64,000 nt of DNA from an uncultured Emergencia sp. (lineage in GTDB: Bacteria; Bacillota; Clostridia; Peptostreptococcales; Anaerovoracaceae), in contig CALLDR010000202.1 in NCBI GenBank assembly GCA_937997955.1, positions 2,413 through 66,412 on the forward strand, in the 5' to 3' direction. A program made the position numbers and the translations under genes. Under the pieces are notes generated by a model. The model searched no databases and was not told the origin of the DNA. It saw only the letters and a program-made list of their open reading frames with translations. This document shows positions 45,120 to 54,941 of the stretch, in pieces (position 1 is the stretch's first letter; every line of letters starts with the position of its first letter).

Positions 45120-46814
45120 CTATTTTTCATTATGCAGCAGCTTGTGTTCTTTTCCTTTCAGGATACCGTCGTACAGGCTCAGGGCCACCGGGTTCTGCCC
45201 GGAGGACTTGATCTGGGAACGGCTGTCGAAACGGTACAGACCGTTCTGCCGCGCCACCTTTGTCTCGTTTTCCAGGCCCAGGCCCACAGGCTGGCCGCCG
45301 CCGTTGACGCAGCCGTAGCGGCAGGTCATGACCTCTACGAAGTCGTAGTGAACCTCACCGGCTTCGATCTGGTCGAGCACCTTTGCAGCGTTGCCCAGTC
45401 CGTTGATCACCGCGATGCGCACCTCTCTTCCGTTGAGGTCCACGACGGCCTCTTTGACCGCGTCGTTGCCGCGGACGCCGGAAAATTTGATCTCGTCCAT
45501 ATCGCTGGACTTGGTGCTGTTCTTCAGATAACGCAGCGCCGCTTCTGTCACGCCGCCGGTGGTTCCGAAAATAGCGCCGGCGCCGGAGGACATACCGAAC
45601 GGCATATCCAGCGCTTCCGGAGTGATATCGGCCAGGTCGATGCCGGCCATTTTGATCATATCCGCCATCTCAGTAGTGGTCAGAACATAGTCCACGTTCT
45701 GTTCGCCGTCGGTGTAGTGCTCCGGACGCAGGATCTCCGCCTTCTTCGCGGTGCAAGGCATGATGGAAACCACCACGGTCCGTCTGCCGTCCTTTTCCTT
45801 GTTCATTCTGGCTTCTTCCTTGATCAGAGCGCCGAACATCTGCTGCGGGCTGCGGCAGGTGGAAATATTCTTGGCGAACTGCGGATACCTGTCCTCGCAG
45901 AACTTGACCCACGCAGGACAGCAGGAGGTAAACAGAGGCAGGTTGTCTCCCGCTTCCAGCCTCTCTACCAGCTCGTTGGCCTCTTCGATGATGGTCAGGT
46001 CCGCGCCGAAATCGGTATCATAAACCTCTTCAAAGCCCATGTAGCGCATGGCTGCCACCAGATGCCCCAGGGCGTTGGTGCCCTTTTCCAGATCAAAAGA
46101 GTCGCCTATGGCCACGCGGACCGCCGGAGCGATCTGCGCTACGACGCGGACGTCTTTGTCCTCCAAAAGCTCCCATACCGGGTTGATATCCTGATTGATG
46201 GTGATGGCGCCAGTCGGACATACCACGCGGCACTGTCCGCAGCCGACGCAGTTGGTATCGGCCAGATCCCGCTTAAACGGCGTCGTGATCATCATCTTTG
46301 AGCCTCTCCGCGCGAAACCGAGAACGCCTACGCCTTCGATCTCATGGCAGACCCGCACGCAGTCTCCGCAGAGAATGCATTTGTTCAGGTCTCTGACCAC
46401 ACACGGAGATGTACGGTCCAGAGGGAACCGCTCTTTGTAGTTGTCAAATCTGACTTCCCGCACGCCCAGACGCTTGGACAGCTCCTGCAGGTTGCAGATG
46501 CCGTTGGCCGGCGCGCAGGTGGTGCAGTCTCTGCAGTGGGCCGCCAGCAGCAGCTCTATGATCATCTTTCTGTGATGCTGCAGTCTGCGGGTGTTGGTGT
46601 AGATCACCATGCCGTCCCGCGGCCGTTCGGAACAGGACGCGAAGACCTTTCCCTTTTCATCTTCCACCACGCACAGGCGGCACGCGCCGAACGTTGAAAG
46701 CTCAGAATGATAGCAGAAGGTCGGCAAATCGATGCCCGCATTCCGGATGACCGCCAGGACGTTCTTCTCATCAGTAAATTCCACTTTTCTGTTGTTGATT
46801 GTCATATATCCCAT
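45120..46814 (-). CDS. hydA: [FeFe]-hydrogenase catalytic subunit (HydA, trimeric type), canonical H-cluster motifs
   Basis: TSCCPAW, MPCTAKKAE and EVMTCRYGCVNGGGQP, with N-terminal 2Fe-2S, His-ligated and 2x[4Fe-4S] domains. The start is set at ATG 46814, which follows AGGAGG-N7. Confidence 0.92.
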   Translation of the reverse strand: MGYMTINNRKVEFTDEKNVLAVIRNAGIDLPTFCYHSELSTFGACRLCVVEDEKGKVFASCSERPRDGMVIYTNTRRLQHHRKMIIELLLAAHCRDCTTCAPANGICNLQELSKRLGVREVRFDNYKERFPLDRTSPCVVRDLNKCILCGDCVRVCHEIEGVGVLGFARRGSKMMITTPFKRDLADTNCVGCGQCRVVCPTGAITINQDINPVWELLEDKDVRVVAQIAPAVRVAIGDSFDLEKGTNALGHLVAAMRYMGFEEVYDTDFGADLTIIEEANELVERLEAGDNLPLFTSCCPAWVKFCEDRYPQFAKNISTCRSPQQMFGALIKEEARMNKEKDGRRTVVVSIMPCTAKKAEILRPEHYTDGEQNVDYVLTTTEMADMIKMAGIDLADITPEALDMPFGMSSGAGAIFGTTGGVTEAALRYLKNSTKSSDMDEIKFSGVRGNDAVKEAVVDLNGREVRIAVINGLGNAAKVLDQIEAGEVHYDFVEVMTCRYGCVNGGGQPVGLGLENETKVARQNGLYRFDSRSQIKSSGQNPVALSLYDGILKGKEHKLLHNEK

Positions 46815-46825
46815 AACGCTTCCTC

Positions 46826-48709
46826 CTACCATTCAATGTGTATCGCATCAAAAGCGCAGTCGGACAGACATGCACCGCACTTGATACAGGTGTTAAAATC
46901 GATTTCATAGGCCTTGCGAAGCTGCCCTTTGATAGCGTGAGCAGGACAGTTTCTCGCGCACTTGGAACAGCCTCTGCACTTATCCGGATTGATGACGAAC
47001 TTGCGCAGGGCTTCACAGTTGCGGGACGGACAGCGCTTTTCTACCACGTGCTGTTCGTATTCCTCCCGGAAGAACTTCAGGGTGCTCATGACAGGCTGCG
47101 CCGCGCACTTGCCCAGGCCGCACAGGGCCGTGTCCGTAATGGTCTGCGACAGCTCCTCCAATACGTCCAGGTCCTCAAGCTCTCCTTTGCCGCTGACGAT
47201 CCGCTCCAGGATTTCCAGCATTCTCTTGGTGCCCTCCCGGCACGGCACACACTTGCCGCAGCTCTCGTTCTGCGTGAAGTTCATGAAGAAGCGGGCCACC
47301 TCTACCATGCAGGTATTGTCGTCCATGACTACCATGCCGCCGGAGCCGATCATGGCGCCGATCTTCTTCAGGGAATCAAAGTCCAGCTTCATGTCCAGAT
47401 GCTGCTCGGTCAGACAGCCGCCGGACGGTCCGCCGATCTGCACTGCCTTGAAAGCGCGGTCGTTTTTGATGCCGCCGCCGATCTCAAAGATGACTTCCCG
47501 CAGGGTCGTGCCCATCGGCACCTCGATGAGGCCGGTGTGCTTCACGCTGCCGGTCAGGGCAAAGGCCTTTGTTCCCGCGTTCTTGTCCGTACCGATGCTC
47601 TTGAACCAGTCCGCGCCCTGTTCGATGATCATCGGCACGTTGGCGTAGGTTTCTACGTTGTTCAGCACGGTCGGCTTATCAAAGAGGCCCTGCTCCACGG
47701 TTCTCGGCGGTTTTACCCTCGGCATGCCCCGGTTTCCTTCGATGGAGGCGGTCAGAGCGCTGCCTTCGCCGCAGACAAAGGCGCCCGCGCCCCGGCTGAT
47801 ATGTAAGCGGAAGCTGAAGCCGGTTCCCAGGATATTGTCACCCAGCAGGCCCCATTCCTCCGCCTGGGCGATGGCGTTTTTCAGACGGCTGATGGCCAGA
47901 GGGTATTCAGCCCGGACGTAGATGTAGCCCTCGTCGGCGCCGACCGCGTAGGCGGCCAGAGCCATGCCCTCGATCATCTTGTGCGGGTCGCCTTCCATGA
48001 TACTTCTGTCCATGAAAGCGCCCGGATCGCCTTCGTCGCCATTACAGACAACGTACCGCTTCTTCTCTTTCTGTCCCGCTACCTGGCTCCACTTCTTGCC
48101 GGTAGGGAAACCCGCGCCGCCTCTGCCGCGAAGGCCGGAATCGGCTACGACGTCGATGACCTCCTGCGGGGTCATTTCAAAGAGGGCCTTTGCCAGGGAC
48201 TGATACCCTCCGATGGCTATGTACTCCTGAATATGCTCCGCGTCGATGTGTCCGCAGTTTTTCAGCACGTTACGGGTCTGCTTTTTGTAAAAGCTGATCT
48301 CCTCCTGCTTTGGCTTCTCCACGCCGTTTTCCTTGAACAGCAGTCTCGGGATCAGATGTCCGTTTTTGATGGTTCTCTCGAAGATTTCTTCGCAGTCCTC
48401 TTCTTTGACCTTGGTATACAGGACGCCGTGAGGCTCGATGCGCATCAGCGGTCCCATTTCGCAGAAGCCGTGACAGCCGCTCTTTCTCACCGCGATGCCT
48501 TCGCCGTGGGCGATCTCCTCGCCGAAGTGCACCTCAACCTCTGGGTGCAGCTCTGCCAGCTGGCACATCTTTTCATATATTTCGCCTGAACCGCCGGCCA
48601 TACAGCCGGTACCGGCACAGATTAAAACTCTGCATTTACTGCTCTCGATCTCTCGTTCAAAGTCTTTGCGCGCCGCTTCAAGAGATGCTCTGTCTTTCAT
48701 TTTCTCCAT
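46826..48709 (-). CDS. hydB: NuoF-like FMN/NAD(H)-binding hydrogenase subunit (HydB)
   Basis: GRGGAGFPTGKKW, ESCGKCVPCR, an N-terminal 2Fe-2S domain and a C-terminal 2x[4Fe-4S] domain. Confidence 0.92.
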   Translation of the reverse strand: MEKMKDRASLEAARKDFEREIESSKCRVLICAGTGCMAGGSGEIYEKMCQLAELHPEVEVHFGEEIAHGEGIAVRKSGCHGFCEMGPLMRIEPHGVLYTKVKEEDCEEIFERTIKNGHLIPRLLFKENGVEKPKQEEISFYKKQTRNVLKNCGHIDAEHIQEYIAIGGYQSLAKALFEMTPQEVIDVVADSGLRGRGGAGFPTGKKWSQVAGQKEKKRYVVCNGDEGDPGAFMDRSIMEGDPHKMIEGMALAAYAVGADEGYIYVRAEYPLAISRLKNAIAQAEEWGLLGDNILGTGFSFRLHISRGAGAFVCGEGSALTASIEGNRGMPRVKPPRTVEQGLFDKPTVLNNVETYANVPMIIEQGADWFKSIGTDKNAGTKAFALTGSVKHTGLIEVPMGTTLREVIFEIGGGIKNDRAFKAVQIGGPSGGCLTEQHLDMKLDFDSLKKIGAMIGSGGMVVMDDNTCMVEVARFFMNFTQNESCGKCVPCREGTKRMLEILERIVSGKGELEDLDVLEELSQTITDTALCGLGKCAAQPVMSTLKFFREEYEQHVVEKRCPSRNCEALRKFVINPDKCRGCSKCARNCPAHAIKGQLRKAYEIDFNTCIKCGACLSDCAFDAIHIEW

Positions 48710-48713
48710 ACTC

Positions 48714-49190
48714 TTACGCTCCTCTCAACTCGTTGATCAATGCGATGGCTGACTCCGGCGTCATGGTCGGATATACTTTGTCGTTGACGGTCAGCACTGG
48801 CGCTAACCCGCAGGCGCCCAGGCAGGATACCGTCTCCAGCGTAAACATCATGTCCTCTGTGGTATGCTGTTCATGGGAAAGTCCAAGCTCCGCATAAAGG
48901 GCTTCCAGAATCGGAATGGATTTGCGCACATGACAGGCAGTGCCGTCACAGACTTTGATCAGATATTTTCCCTTTGGCTCAAAGGAAAAGTTCTCATAAA
49001 AAGTCGCTACACTGTAGGCCTGGGACTCTGGGATATGCAGCTTCTTTGCCACATAGCTCAAAAGTTCCGGCGGAAGGTAGCGATATTCTTCCTGAATCTC
49101 CTGAATGATCGGGATCAGATCGGCTTGAGTACGCCCATGACAGGCAATAATCTCATCCGCTTTGTCATAATATTCTTTTTCCAGCATCAT
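48714..49190 (-). CDS. hydC: NuoE-like [2Fe-2S] hydrogenase subunit (HydC)
   Basis: VCDGTACHVRKS and CLGACGLAP motifs. The start was trimmed to ATGATG (49190/49187) by alignment with the paralogue at 36578. Confidence 0.85.
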   Translation of the reverse strand: MMLEKEYYDKADEIIACHGRTQADLIPIIQEIQEEYRYLPPELLSYVAKKLHIPESQAYSVATFYENFSFEPKGKYLIKVCDGTACHVRKSIPILEALYAELGLSHEQHTTEDMMFTLETVSCLGACGLAPVLTVNDKVYPTMTPESAIALINELRGA

Positions 49191-49261
49191 ACACCTTGTA
49201 TCGCTGCCGCTGGGCCGGCGATACGCTCCTTTCCTCAATTTGCTAGTCACTCTTTCTCCAT

Positions 49262-49289
49262 TCTATACTGTATCCCGTATCCATGTCAA
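49262..49289 (-). promoter_or_regulatory. Putative sigma-70 promoter of hydCBA operon 2
   Basis: The minus strand reads TTGACA-16 nt-TATAGA(AT), about 70 nt upstream of the start. Confidence 0.6.
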
Positions 49290-49597
49290 TAGGCAGATGT
49301 ACGCAAAAAAGCAACAACTTTTTTCCTTTAATATAGGTTTTTTTAATACAGGATTGAGGAGCCGGAGGGGCAGCGCAGGCAGGCGCAGCAAAGTCCCAGC
49401 CGCGGACGCGGCAAGAGTGGGCGTCCCTGCTGGGCCCACCGTAAGAGCAGCCGCCGCAAGATCAGGACGCCGCAAGATCAGGGCACGGGCGGGCGCGGCA
49501 AAACCCCTCCCGATCTCGCCGCAGGGTGCAGGTCCAAGAGGCGGGATCAAAAGGGGCTTTAAGGGACTTTGTTCACGACAGACCGCTTTCTTCTCCG

Positions 49598-50602
49598 TCA
49601 GTCACGCTTCAGCCTGAGCCAGGCGTATGCCAGCATACAGAAGACGAAAAATGCCAGAATCGGCGCGGCCTGCCAACAGATCATCAGTTGCTCCTGCTCA
49701 GGGCAATAGCTGTGGGACGGATAAAGCCCTCCGTCGCTCAGAAAGGCCGACGCCAGGTATGCCGATGGAATCAGGCAGAAATATCTGAACAGCACGCCGA
49801 GCTTTGCCCTGCGGAACACCAGCCAGAGCAGCAAAAGCGCCGCGGCGCAGGCTGACGCCAGCTTCACATGGCGGTCCAGCTCCATGCGGCCCTGCAGCTT
49901 GCCTTCCTCCAGCAGCTCGGTATCTCCATCAAAGGATTCGCCGTAGATCAGGGTCAGCTGGCCGGTAGCCATGTTGCGGTAATAGACCGCGTCCGTTTTC
50001 GGGCTTGGCCACGAGAGCAGCTCATCGCACTGATAAAACGCCTCTTGGAGAACCTCGTTCTCCGTTTCCCCGTCATCGTTCACCGTTCCCAGCCCTTCCG
50101 TGAAGGTGACCTCATGCTGCCGTCTCTGGCCGGAAAGCAGATCCCAATTGCTGTGCCACGCCAGGATTTCTCTGACTCTCTTACCGTCTTTGTCATAGTA
50201 CTGGCTGGTGAAATTGGTCGCCTCTTCATCTAGATCGGCCAGCACAAAGCCTTCCTTTGTTTCCGTGATCTCAAACAGGTCATCGTCGTAGTCGACGGCT
50301 CTCATAGCCGTCTGATAAGCAAAGACAGCCGTCAGCACGCACGCCGCCAAAGCGCAGCCGCACAGCACGGAGAGTACCCGCTCCAGCCGCAGCCTTTTTT
50401 TCAGCAGCATCAAAGGCGCTTTCTGGGACTCCGCCTCATCGACAACCGTCTCCTTTGCCGAGCTTTCCAGCGTCTCCCGTTCCCGGCTGCATGCCGGACA
50501 CGCCTCCAGATGCTCTCTGACTGCCTCTGCCGACGATCCGCTGATCATGTCCTCCACGTACAGCGGAAGCAGATCCTTTACGATGTCACAGGATAAATTC
50601 AT
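49598..50602 (-). CDS. Anti-sigma factor (zf-HC2 N-terminal domain) with extracytoplasmic domain and extra C-terminal TM helices
   Basis: MNLSCDIVKDLLPLYVEDM...HLEACPACSRE is a zf-HC2 motif. It sits directly downstream of the ECF sigma gene. The start is ATG 50602, which follows GGAGGAG. Confidence 0.8.
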   Translation of the reverse strand: MNLSCDIVKDLLPLYVEDMISGSSAEAVREHLEACPACSRERETLESSAKETVVDEAESQKAPLMLLKKRLRLERVLSVLCGCALAACVLTAVFAYQTAMRAVDYDDDLFEITETKEGFVLADLDEEATNFTSQYYDKDGKRVREILAWHSNWDLLSGQRRQHEVTFTEGLGTVNDDGETENEVLQEAFYQCDELLSWPSPKTDAVYYRNMATGQLTLIYGESFDGDTELLEEGKLQGRMELDRHVKLASACAAALLLLWLVFRRAKLGVLFRYFCLIPSAYLASAFLSDGGLYPSHSYCPEQEQLMICWQAAPILAFFVFCMLAYAWLRLKRD

Positions 50603-50624
50603 GCCTTCTCCTCCTTTTCCGTTC

Positions 50625-51113
50625 CTATTTCTCCACTTCTTCCCGAATGTGCTTTCTCGCCCGATGATAGGTGACACAGGCCCAGTTCTCCGACTTTCCG
50701 AAAATATCTCCGATCTGCCGAAAGCTCAGCTCTCCCAGCGCCCGCAGCAGGAACACCTCTTTGTACGGCTCTTTCAGATCGTGGAGCAGTCCGTAGATCT
50801 GCGCCGCGGCCTCTTTGTCCTCAAGCTGCGCCTCCACAGAGGTCTGATCAAAGTCCGCTTCCGACAACCGCGACTGCGAAATCTCCGACTTTCGCCTTCG
50901 CAGATAGCTGTAATAGCAGTTTTTGGCGATCTGGCAAAGCCAGCTGCTGATATGGCAGTCGCCGCGAAACCCGTCGATATGCTTCAGCGCCCTGAAAAAC
51001 GTTTCACTGCAGAGTTCCTCCGCCACATGCTCATCACCGCACAGCTTCAGCAAATATCGGTATACCTGATCGAAGTACATCTGGTAGATCTTCTCAAACT
51101 GCCGCTGTGTCAC
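50625..51113 (-). CDS. ECF-type RNA polymerase sigma-70 family factor
   Basis: 162 aa with region 2 (FDQVYRYLLKLCGDEHVAEEL) and region 4 (LSFRQIGDIFGKSENWACVTYHRARKHI). GTG start after GGAGGTG. Confidence 0.88.
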   Translation of the reverse strand: MTQRQFEKIYQMYFDQVYRYLLKLCGDEHVAEELCSETFFRALKHIDGFRGDCHISSWLCQIAKNCYYSYLRRRKSEISQSRLSEADFDQTSVEAQLEDKEAAAQIYGLLHDLKEPYKEVFLLRALGELSFRQIGDIFGKSENWACVTYHRARKHIREEVEK

Positions 51114-51259
51114 CTTCTCACCTCCTCCATTCGTTCTCTTGATCCGTTTTCTTAATCCCTTCTTCTGTCTATTAGACCCGCTCAGAGCGAATATCTTACA
51201 AAGTTTTTATTCTTTAATCAATATTATTCAATATTGTTTTTAATTGATCAAGTCTTTCC

Positions 51260-51305
51260 AAACAGAAAACAACGAGCTGCCAAAATCCACTTTCGTCAGC
51301 TCGTT
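51260..51305 (-). terminator. Rho-independent terminator of the transporter/reductase operon
   Basis: The minus strand reads AACGAGCTG-17 nt-CAGCTCGTT followed by GTTTTCTGTTT. Confidence 0.8.
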
Positions 51306-51324
51306 CGTAAAAATTATTAAAATG

Positions 51325-53367
51325 TTAAATTTGCAGTGATGCTGCATATGCAGTTCTGGTCGCGTTCTCTATATTCGCTACTTCTCTTTTATCTCCTACA
51401 TAAATAACCGTTTGAGCCAAATGGTCAAAATCGGATGTATGCAGGCGGTTTCTTAACCCTGTTGACAGAATCACAGTATCGGCGGGAATAAACCGTTCAC
51501 AGCCGTTTTCATCTGCATAATACACTCCTGTTTCCGTGATCTCACTACACATGGCGTTAAGATGTACACAAACATTATCTACTGCTTTTAAGTCGTCAAA
51601 GCTTTTCAAGTCCGGCCTGTATTCATGATACAGGAAAAACTCTGTAAACACCTTATCTTCCCAGAAACCCTTAGAAAATTTCATAAGCCTGTCGGCCGCC
51701 TCAATCAAATGTACCTTTTTCCCCATGGTCTGCAGCTGGATCGTTAATTCGCAACCAACGTCTCCGCCGCCGATGACAACGACACGCTCCCCGATTTCAT
51801 CTGTACGTTTAAATACATCTGACGCATGAATTACAATATCGCAGTCTACGCCTTTAATATCCGGAATGAACTTTTCTGCACCAGTCGCCACGATAATTAC
51901 ATCCGGCACAATAGACGCAATAGCAGCTTCTGTTGCGGTAATCCCAAGGCGTATCTCTATGTTTTCCCTTTTTTCTACTTGGCGGATCAGATAGTCTCTA
52001 AATCTCTTAACACCTTGTTTAAACTGAATGAAATCAGCAAATTCCAGCCTTCCGCCTAACTTCTTTTCTCTCTCAAAAAGTATCACCTGATGTCCTCTGT
52101 CTGCGATTTCTATTGCTGACAGCATGCCGCTTGGCCCGCCGCCAATGACAGCTACCCGCTTCGCTTTGCCATCACCGATGACCGCCGGCATTTCCTTAAT
52201 AAAGGCTCTTCTCGGATTAACACTGCAATAGCTCATACTCCCTGCAGAATCCAGTGGCTCGCAGAAATCGAGACAATGCAGACATCTGATGCACGGCCTG
52301 ATATCCTCCGGAACATCCTTCCTTGCTTTTTCTGCCCAGTCAGGGTCGGCAATAAAGGCTCTTGCCATTCCCACCAGATCCGCACCGCCAGTCTTTATCA
52401 ATTCATTGGCAAATGCTGGATCATCTATACCTCCTACGGTTTCAATAAGGCACTTTCGTTCCTTCTTTTTGATCTCTCTAGCAAGATGGCTGTTGCATCC
52501 CTGCCGCATGTATTGTGATGGAAAAGTAAACGCTTCTGTAAAAGAATCATGAATCTTGCCCGCAGAACACTGGACGATATCGACAGTTTCAGACATGATG
52601 TCGATGATCTGGCTGACGTCCTCAATGGTAATCCCGCCTTTTTGCACTTCTGTTCCACTAATCCTCATTGCAATGATCATATCATCTCCGACCCTTTTGC
52701 GGATCCTGTCCACCACCATCTTAGGGAACCTCGCCCGATTCTCTACAGAACCTCCATATTTGTCCGTTCGTCTGTTCTCAATCGGCGAAAAAAATTCTCC
52801 TAACAGCCAGTTATGCGCTGCATGAACATTCACAACATCAAAACCAGCTCGTTTCCCGATAAACGCTGCCTCAGCAAAGCAATCCGCAACATATTCCATT
52901 TCCTCTTCAGTCATCGGTTCTACGATGAATCCATCATCCTTCTCCAGATAGCTCGGTCCGATAAGGCGGTTGCCTTCTACCGGCGTGCACCACTGCCCGC
53001 CGTGATTCAATTCTATACTTGCCAGTGCGCCATATGCGTGAATTCGCTCTACAACGCGATGCATTGGCGGCAGTAAATAGGCATTTACAAACTGCTTATC
53101 AAAGAAATCAAAGTACTCTCTATGGGCACCTAAATAGAATCTCGGATCCACTCCTAAATGTCCGGTATTAACGATAGCTGCCCCGCCTCTGGCGATATTG
53201 CCGTAATAAATTGCCGCTTCTTCGCTGAATACAGCCATTCCATTTCTGTCTGCTTCGAGCATTCTTGGATCTCCGTGTGGTGAGGAGACCACTCTATTTT
53301 TGACGATTTTATTTCTAATGACCAAAGGCTGAAACAATTCTGGATACATCCTCTGAAAACTAGCCAT
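51325..53367 (-). CDS. Enoate-reductase / 2,4-dienoyl-CoA-reductase-family flavoprotein (OYE-like FMN domain + [4Fe-4S] + FAD/NAD(P) domain)
   Basis: 680 aa with an OYE TIM-barrel N-terminal half, a Cys cluster CIRCLHC...C, and a Rossmann motif VAVIGGGPSGMLSA. Confidence 0.88.
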   Translation of the reverse strand: MASFQRMYPELFQPLVIRNKIVKNRVVSSPHGDPRMLEADRNGMAVFSEEAAIYYGNIARGGAAIVNTGHLGVDPRFYLGAHREYFDFFDKQFVNAYLLPPMHRVVERIHAYGALASIELNHGGQWCTPVEGNRLIGPSYLEKDDGFIVEPMTEEEMEYVADCFAEAAFIGKRAGFDVVNVHAAHNWLLGEFFSPIENRRTDKYGGSVENRARFPKMVVDRIRKRVGDDMIIAMRISGTEVQKGGITIEDVSQIIDIMSETVDIVQCSAGKIHDSFTEAFTFPSQYMRQGCNSHLAREIKKKERKCLIETVGGIDDPAFANELIKTGGADLVGMARAFIADPDWAEKARKDVPEDIRPCIRCLHCLDFCEPLDSAGSMSYCSVNPRRAFIKEMPAVIGDGKAKRVAVIGGGPSGMLSAIEIADRGHQVILFEREKKLGGRLEFADFIQFKQGVKRFRDYLIRQVEKRENIEIRLGITATEAAIASIVPDVIIVATGAEKFIPDIKGVDCDIVIHASDVFKRTDEIGERVVVIGGGDVGCELTIQLQTMGKKVHLIEAADRLMKFSKGFWEDKVFTEFFLYHEYRPDLKSFDDLKAVDNVCVHLNAMCSEITETGVYYADENGCERFIPADTVILSTGLRNRLHTSDFDHLAQTVIYVGDKREVANIENATRTAYAASLQI

Positions 53368-53384
53368 TTAAAACACCTTCCCTT

Positions 53385-54755
53385 CTATATCATTGGAATT
53401 CCCAGCACAAACCGGATTACCGGCGTCGCTACCAATAAAATGATAATGGTTCTCTCCAAAAATATCAGCACCAGATCTCTGAATCTAACTGGAATTGACG
53501 TACTTAAAATCATAGAACCAGTCTCAGAAATGAAAATTAACTGACACACAGACAGTACAGCAACCAGCATCTTTGTAAAAGTAGAGGAAATCTGTGCTCC
53601 TGCAATAGCCGCAGGAATAAACATATCTGCAAATCCCGCAAGCAGTGTGGTGGATGCTGCCTGTGCTTCCGGTATATGAAGCAGGTTCAGTAAAGGCATA
53701 AAAGGAACTCCCAGCCAGTTAAATACAGGTGTATAATATGCAATAACCAGAGTAACTGTACCGATTGCCATAACTGTAGTATTCAGCGTAAAGAGAATCA
53801 TGCACGCATTCTTTCCCCACTGATACAAAAACTCCTTGGCGGTCAAATTATTGTTATTTGCCTTATTTGTCGCCTGAATTGCTGCCCACTTTGACAAAGA
53901 TACGCCTTCCGGATGCAGTTTTCCGTCATAATTGCATCTGCCGCCGCAATATTCATCCTTTTTCAAAGAGAGCGGCGGTATTCTTGGCATGATGACTGCA
54001 CATGCAATGTACGTAATCAGCAAGGCCAGCAAATAAGGAAAAAACATATCTGACAATCCAACCTGCTCAATAATGACCAGCATAAAAGTGATTGAAACAG
54101 AAGTAAATGTAGTAATGATGACCGCAGCTTCTCTCGCATTGTAATAGCCATTCTCATACTGGTTATTAGTCATGATGACTCCAATAGCTGTATCACCCAC
54201 AAAAGAAGTCAGGCAGTCTATGGCCGCACGGCCTGGAATTCTGAACAGCCTATGAAAAAATTTGCTGCAAAATGTGCCTACAAACTCCATAAGGCCAAAC
54301 TCCAGCATAAGAGGCAACAGTCCTGTCGCAATGAAAGCGATCGGCACAATGCCAGAAATCAAGTCCACCAGTACAAAAGTTCCCGTATCCGGCGATATGA
54401 GCCACTCTGGGCCAAATCCAAACATAACTGGTACTGCCAAAATTCCCCCTATGACCCTGACGATTACCCAATACCATTCAGTCACAAAGGTCGCATTTAA
54501 TACCTTGTTGTTAACAATAAATTTCGGCTTAAACACGCTGCCGATAAATGACAGCAGGGCCCCGCTGGTGATGAAAAAAAACGCGGCCCAAAGCAATACT
54601 GTGGGTCCCAGAATTTTCTTTACGATGTTTAGGATCACAGTAATGCAGATCGTCATTTGCCCCTCATATGGCAGCGGCGTCAAAAATAGAAGTACGCCAA
54701 TCAGCGAAGGAATAACGAAACGCAAAACCTTTTTTGCCGTTAGATTGTTTTCCAT
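53385..54755 (-). CDS. YjiH/nucleoside-recognition (Gate) domain membrane transporter, substrate unknown
   Basis: 456 aa, polytopic. The N-terminus KKVLRFVIPSLIGVLLFLTPLP is typical of YjiH-like proteins. Confidence 0.7.
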   Translation of the reverse strand: MENNLTAKKVLRFVIPSLIGVLLFLTPLPYEGQMTICITVILNIVKKILGPTVLLWAAFFFITSGALLSFIGSVFKPKFIVNNKVLNATFVTEWYWVIVRVIGGILAVPVMFGFGPEWLISPDTGTFVLVDLISGIVPIAFIATGLLPLMLEFGLMEFVGTFCSKFFHRLFRIPGRAAIDCLTSFVGDTAIGVIMTNNQYENGYYNAREAAVIITTFTSVSITFMLVIIEQVGLSDMFFPYLLALLITYIACAVIMPRIPPLSLKKDEYCGGRCNYDGKLHPEGVSLSKWAAIQATNKANNNNLTAKEFLYQWGKNACMILFTLNTTVMAIGTVTLVIAYYTPVFNWLGVPFMPLLNLLHIPEAQAASTTLLAGFADMFIPAAIAGAQISSTFTKMLVAVLSVCQLIFISETGSMILSTSIPVRFRDLVLIFLERTIIILLVATPVIRFVLGIPMI

Positions 54756-54941
54756 GTCAAACCTCCTTAAAAATAATTTATATTCAAATTATAGTCCGCA
54801 TTACGATTAAGTCAATTTAGTTTTTTTAAAATCGTTTAAATTTTGGTAGATCACTTTACATTTCGGCTAAAATCAACTAAAATATACCATAAATATGATT
54901 TTAAATTTGCTTAATCGTTTATCAAAAGGAGAACACTATCC

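Noticed and set aside
49240-49617. ORFs of 125 aa (plus strand) and 95 aa (minus strand, 49263..49550) in the GC-rich island.
   Set aside because: They have Ala/Arg/Pro/Gly low-complexity composition and no Shine-Dalgarno sequence, and they span an obvious tandem duplication. They are treated as non-coding and reported as an unexplained island.
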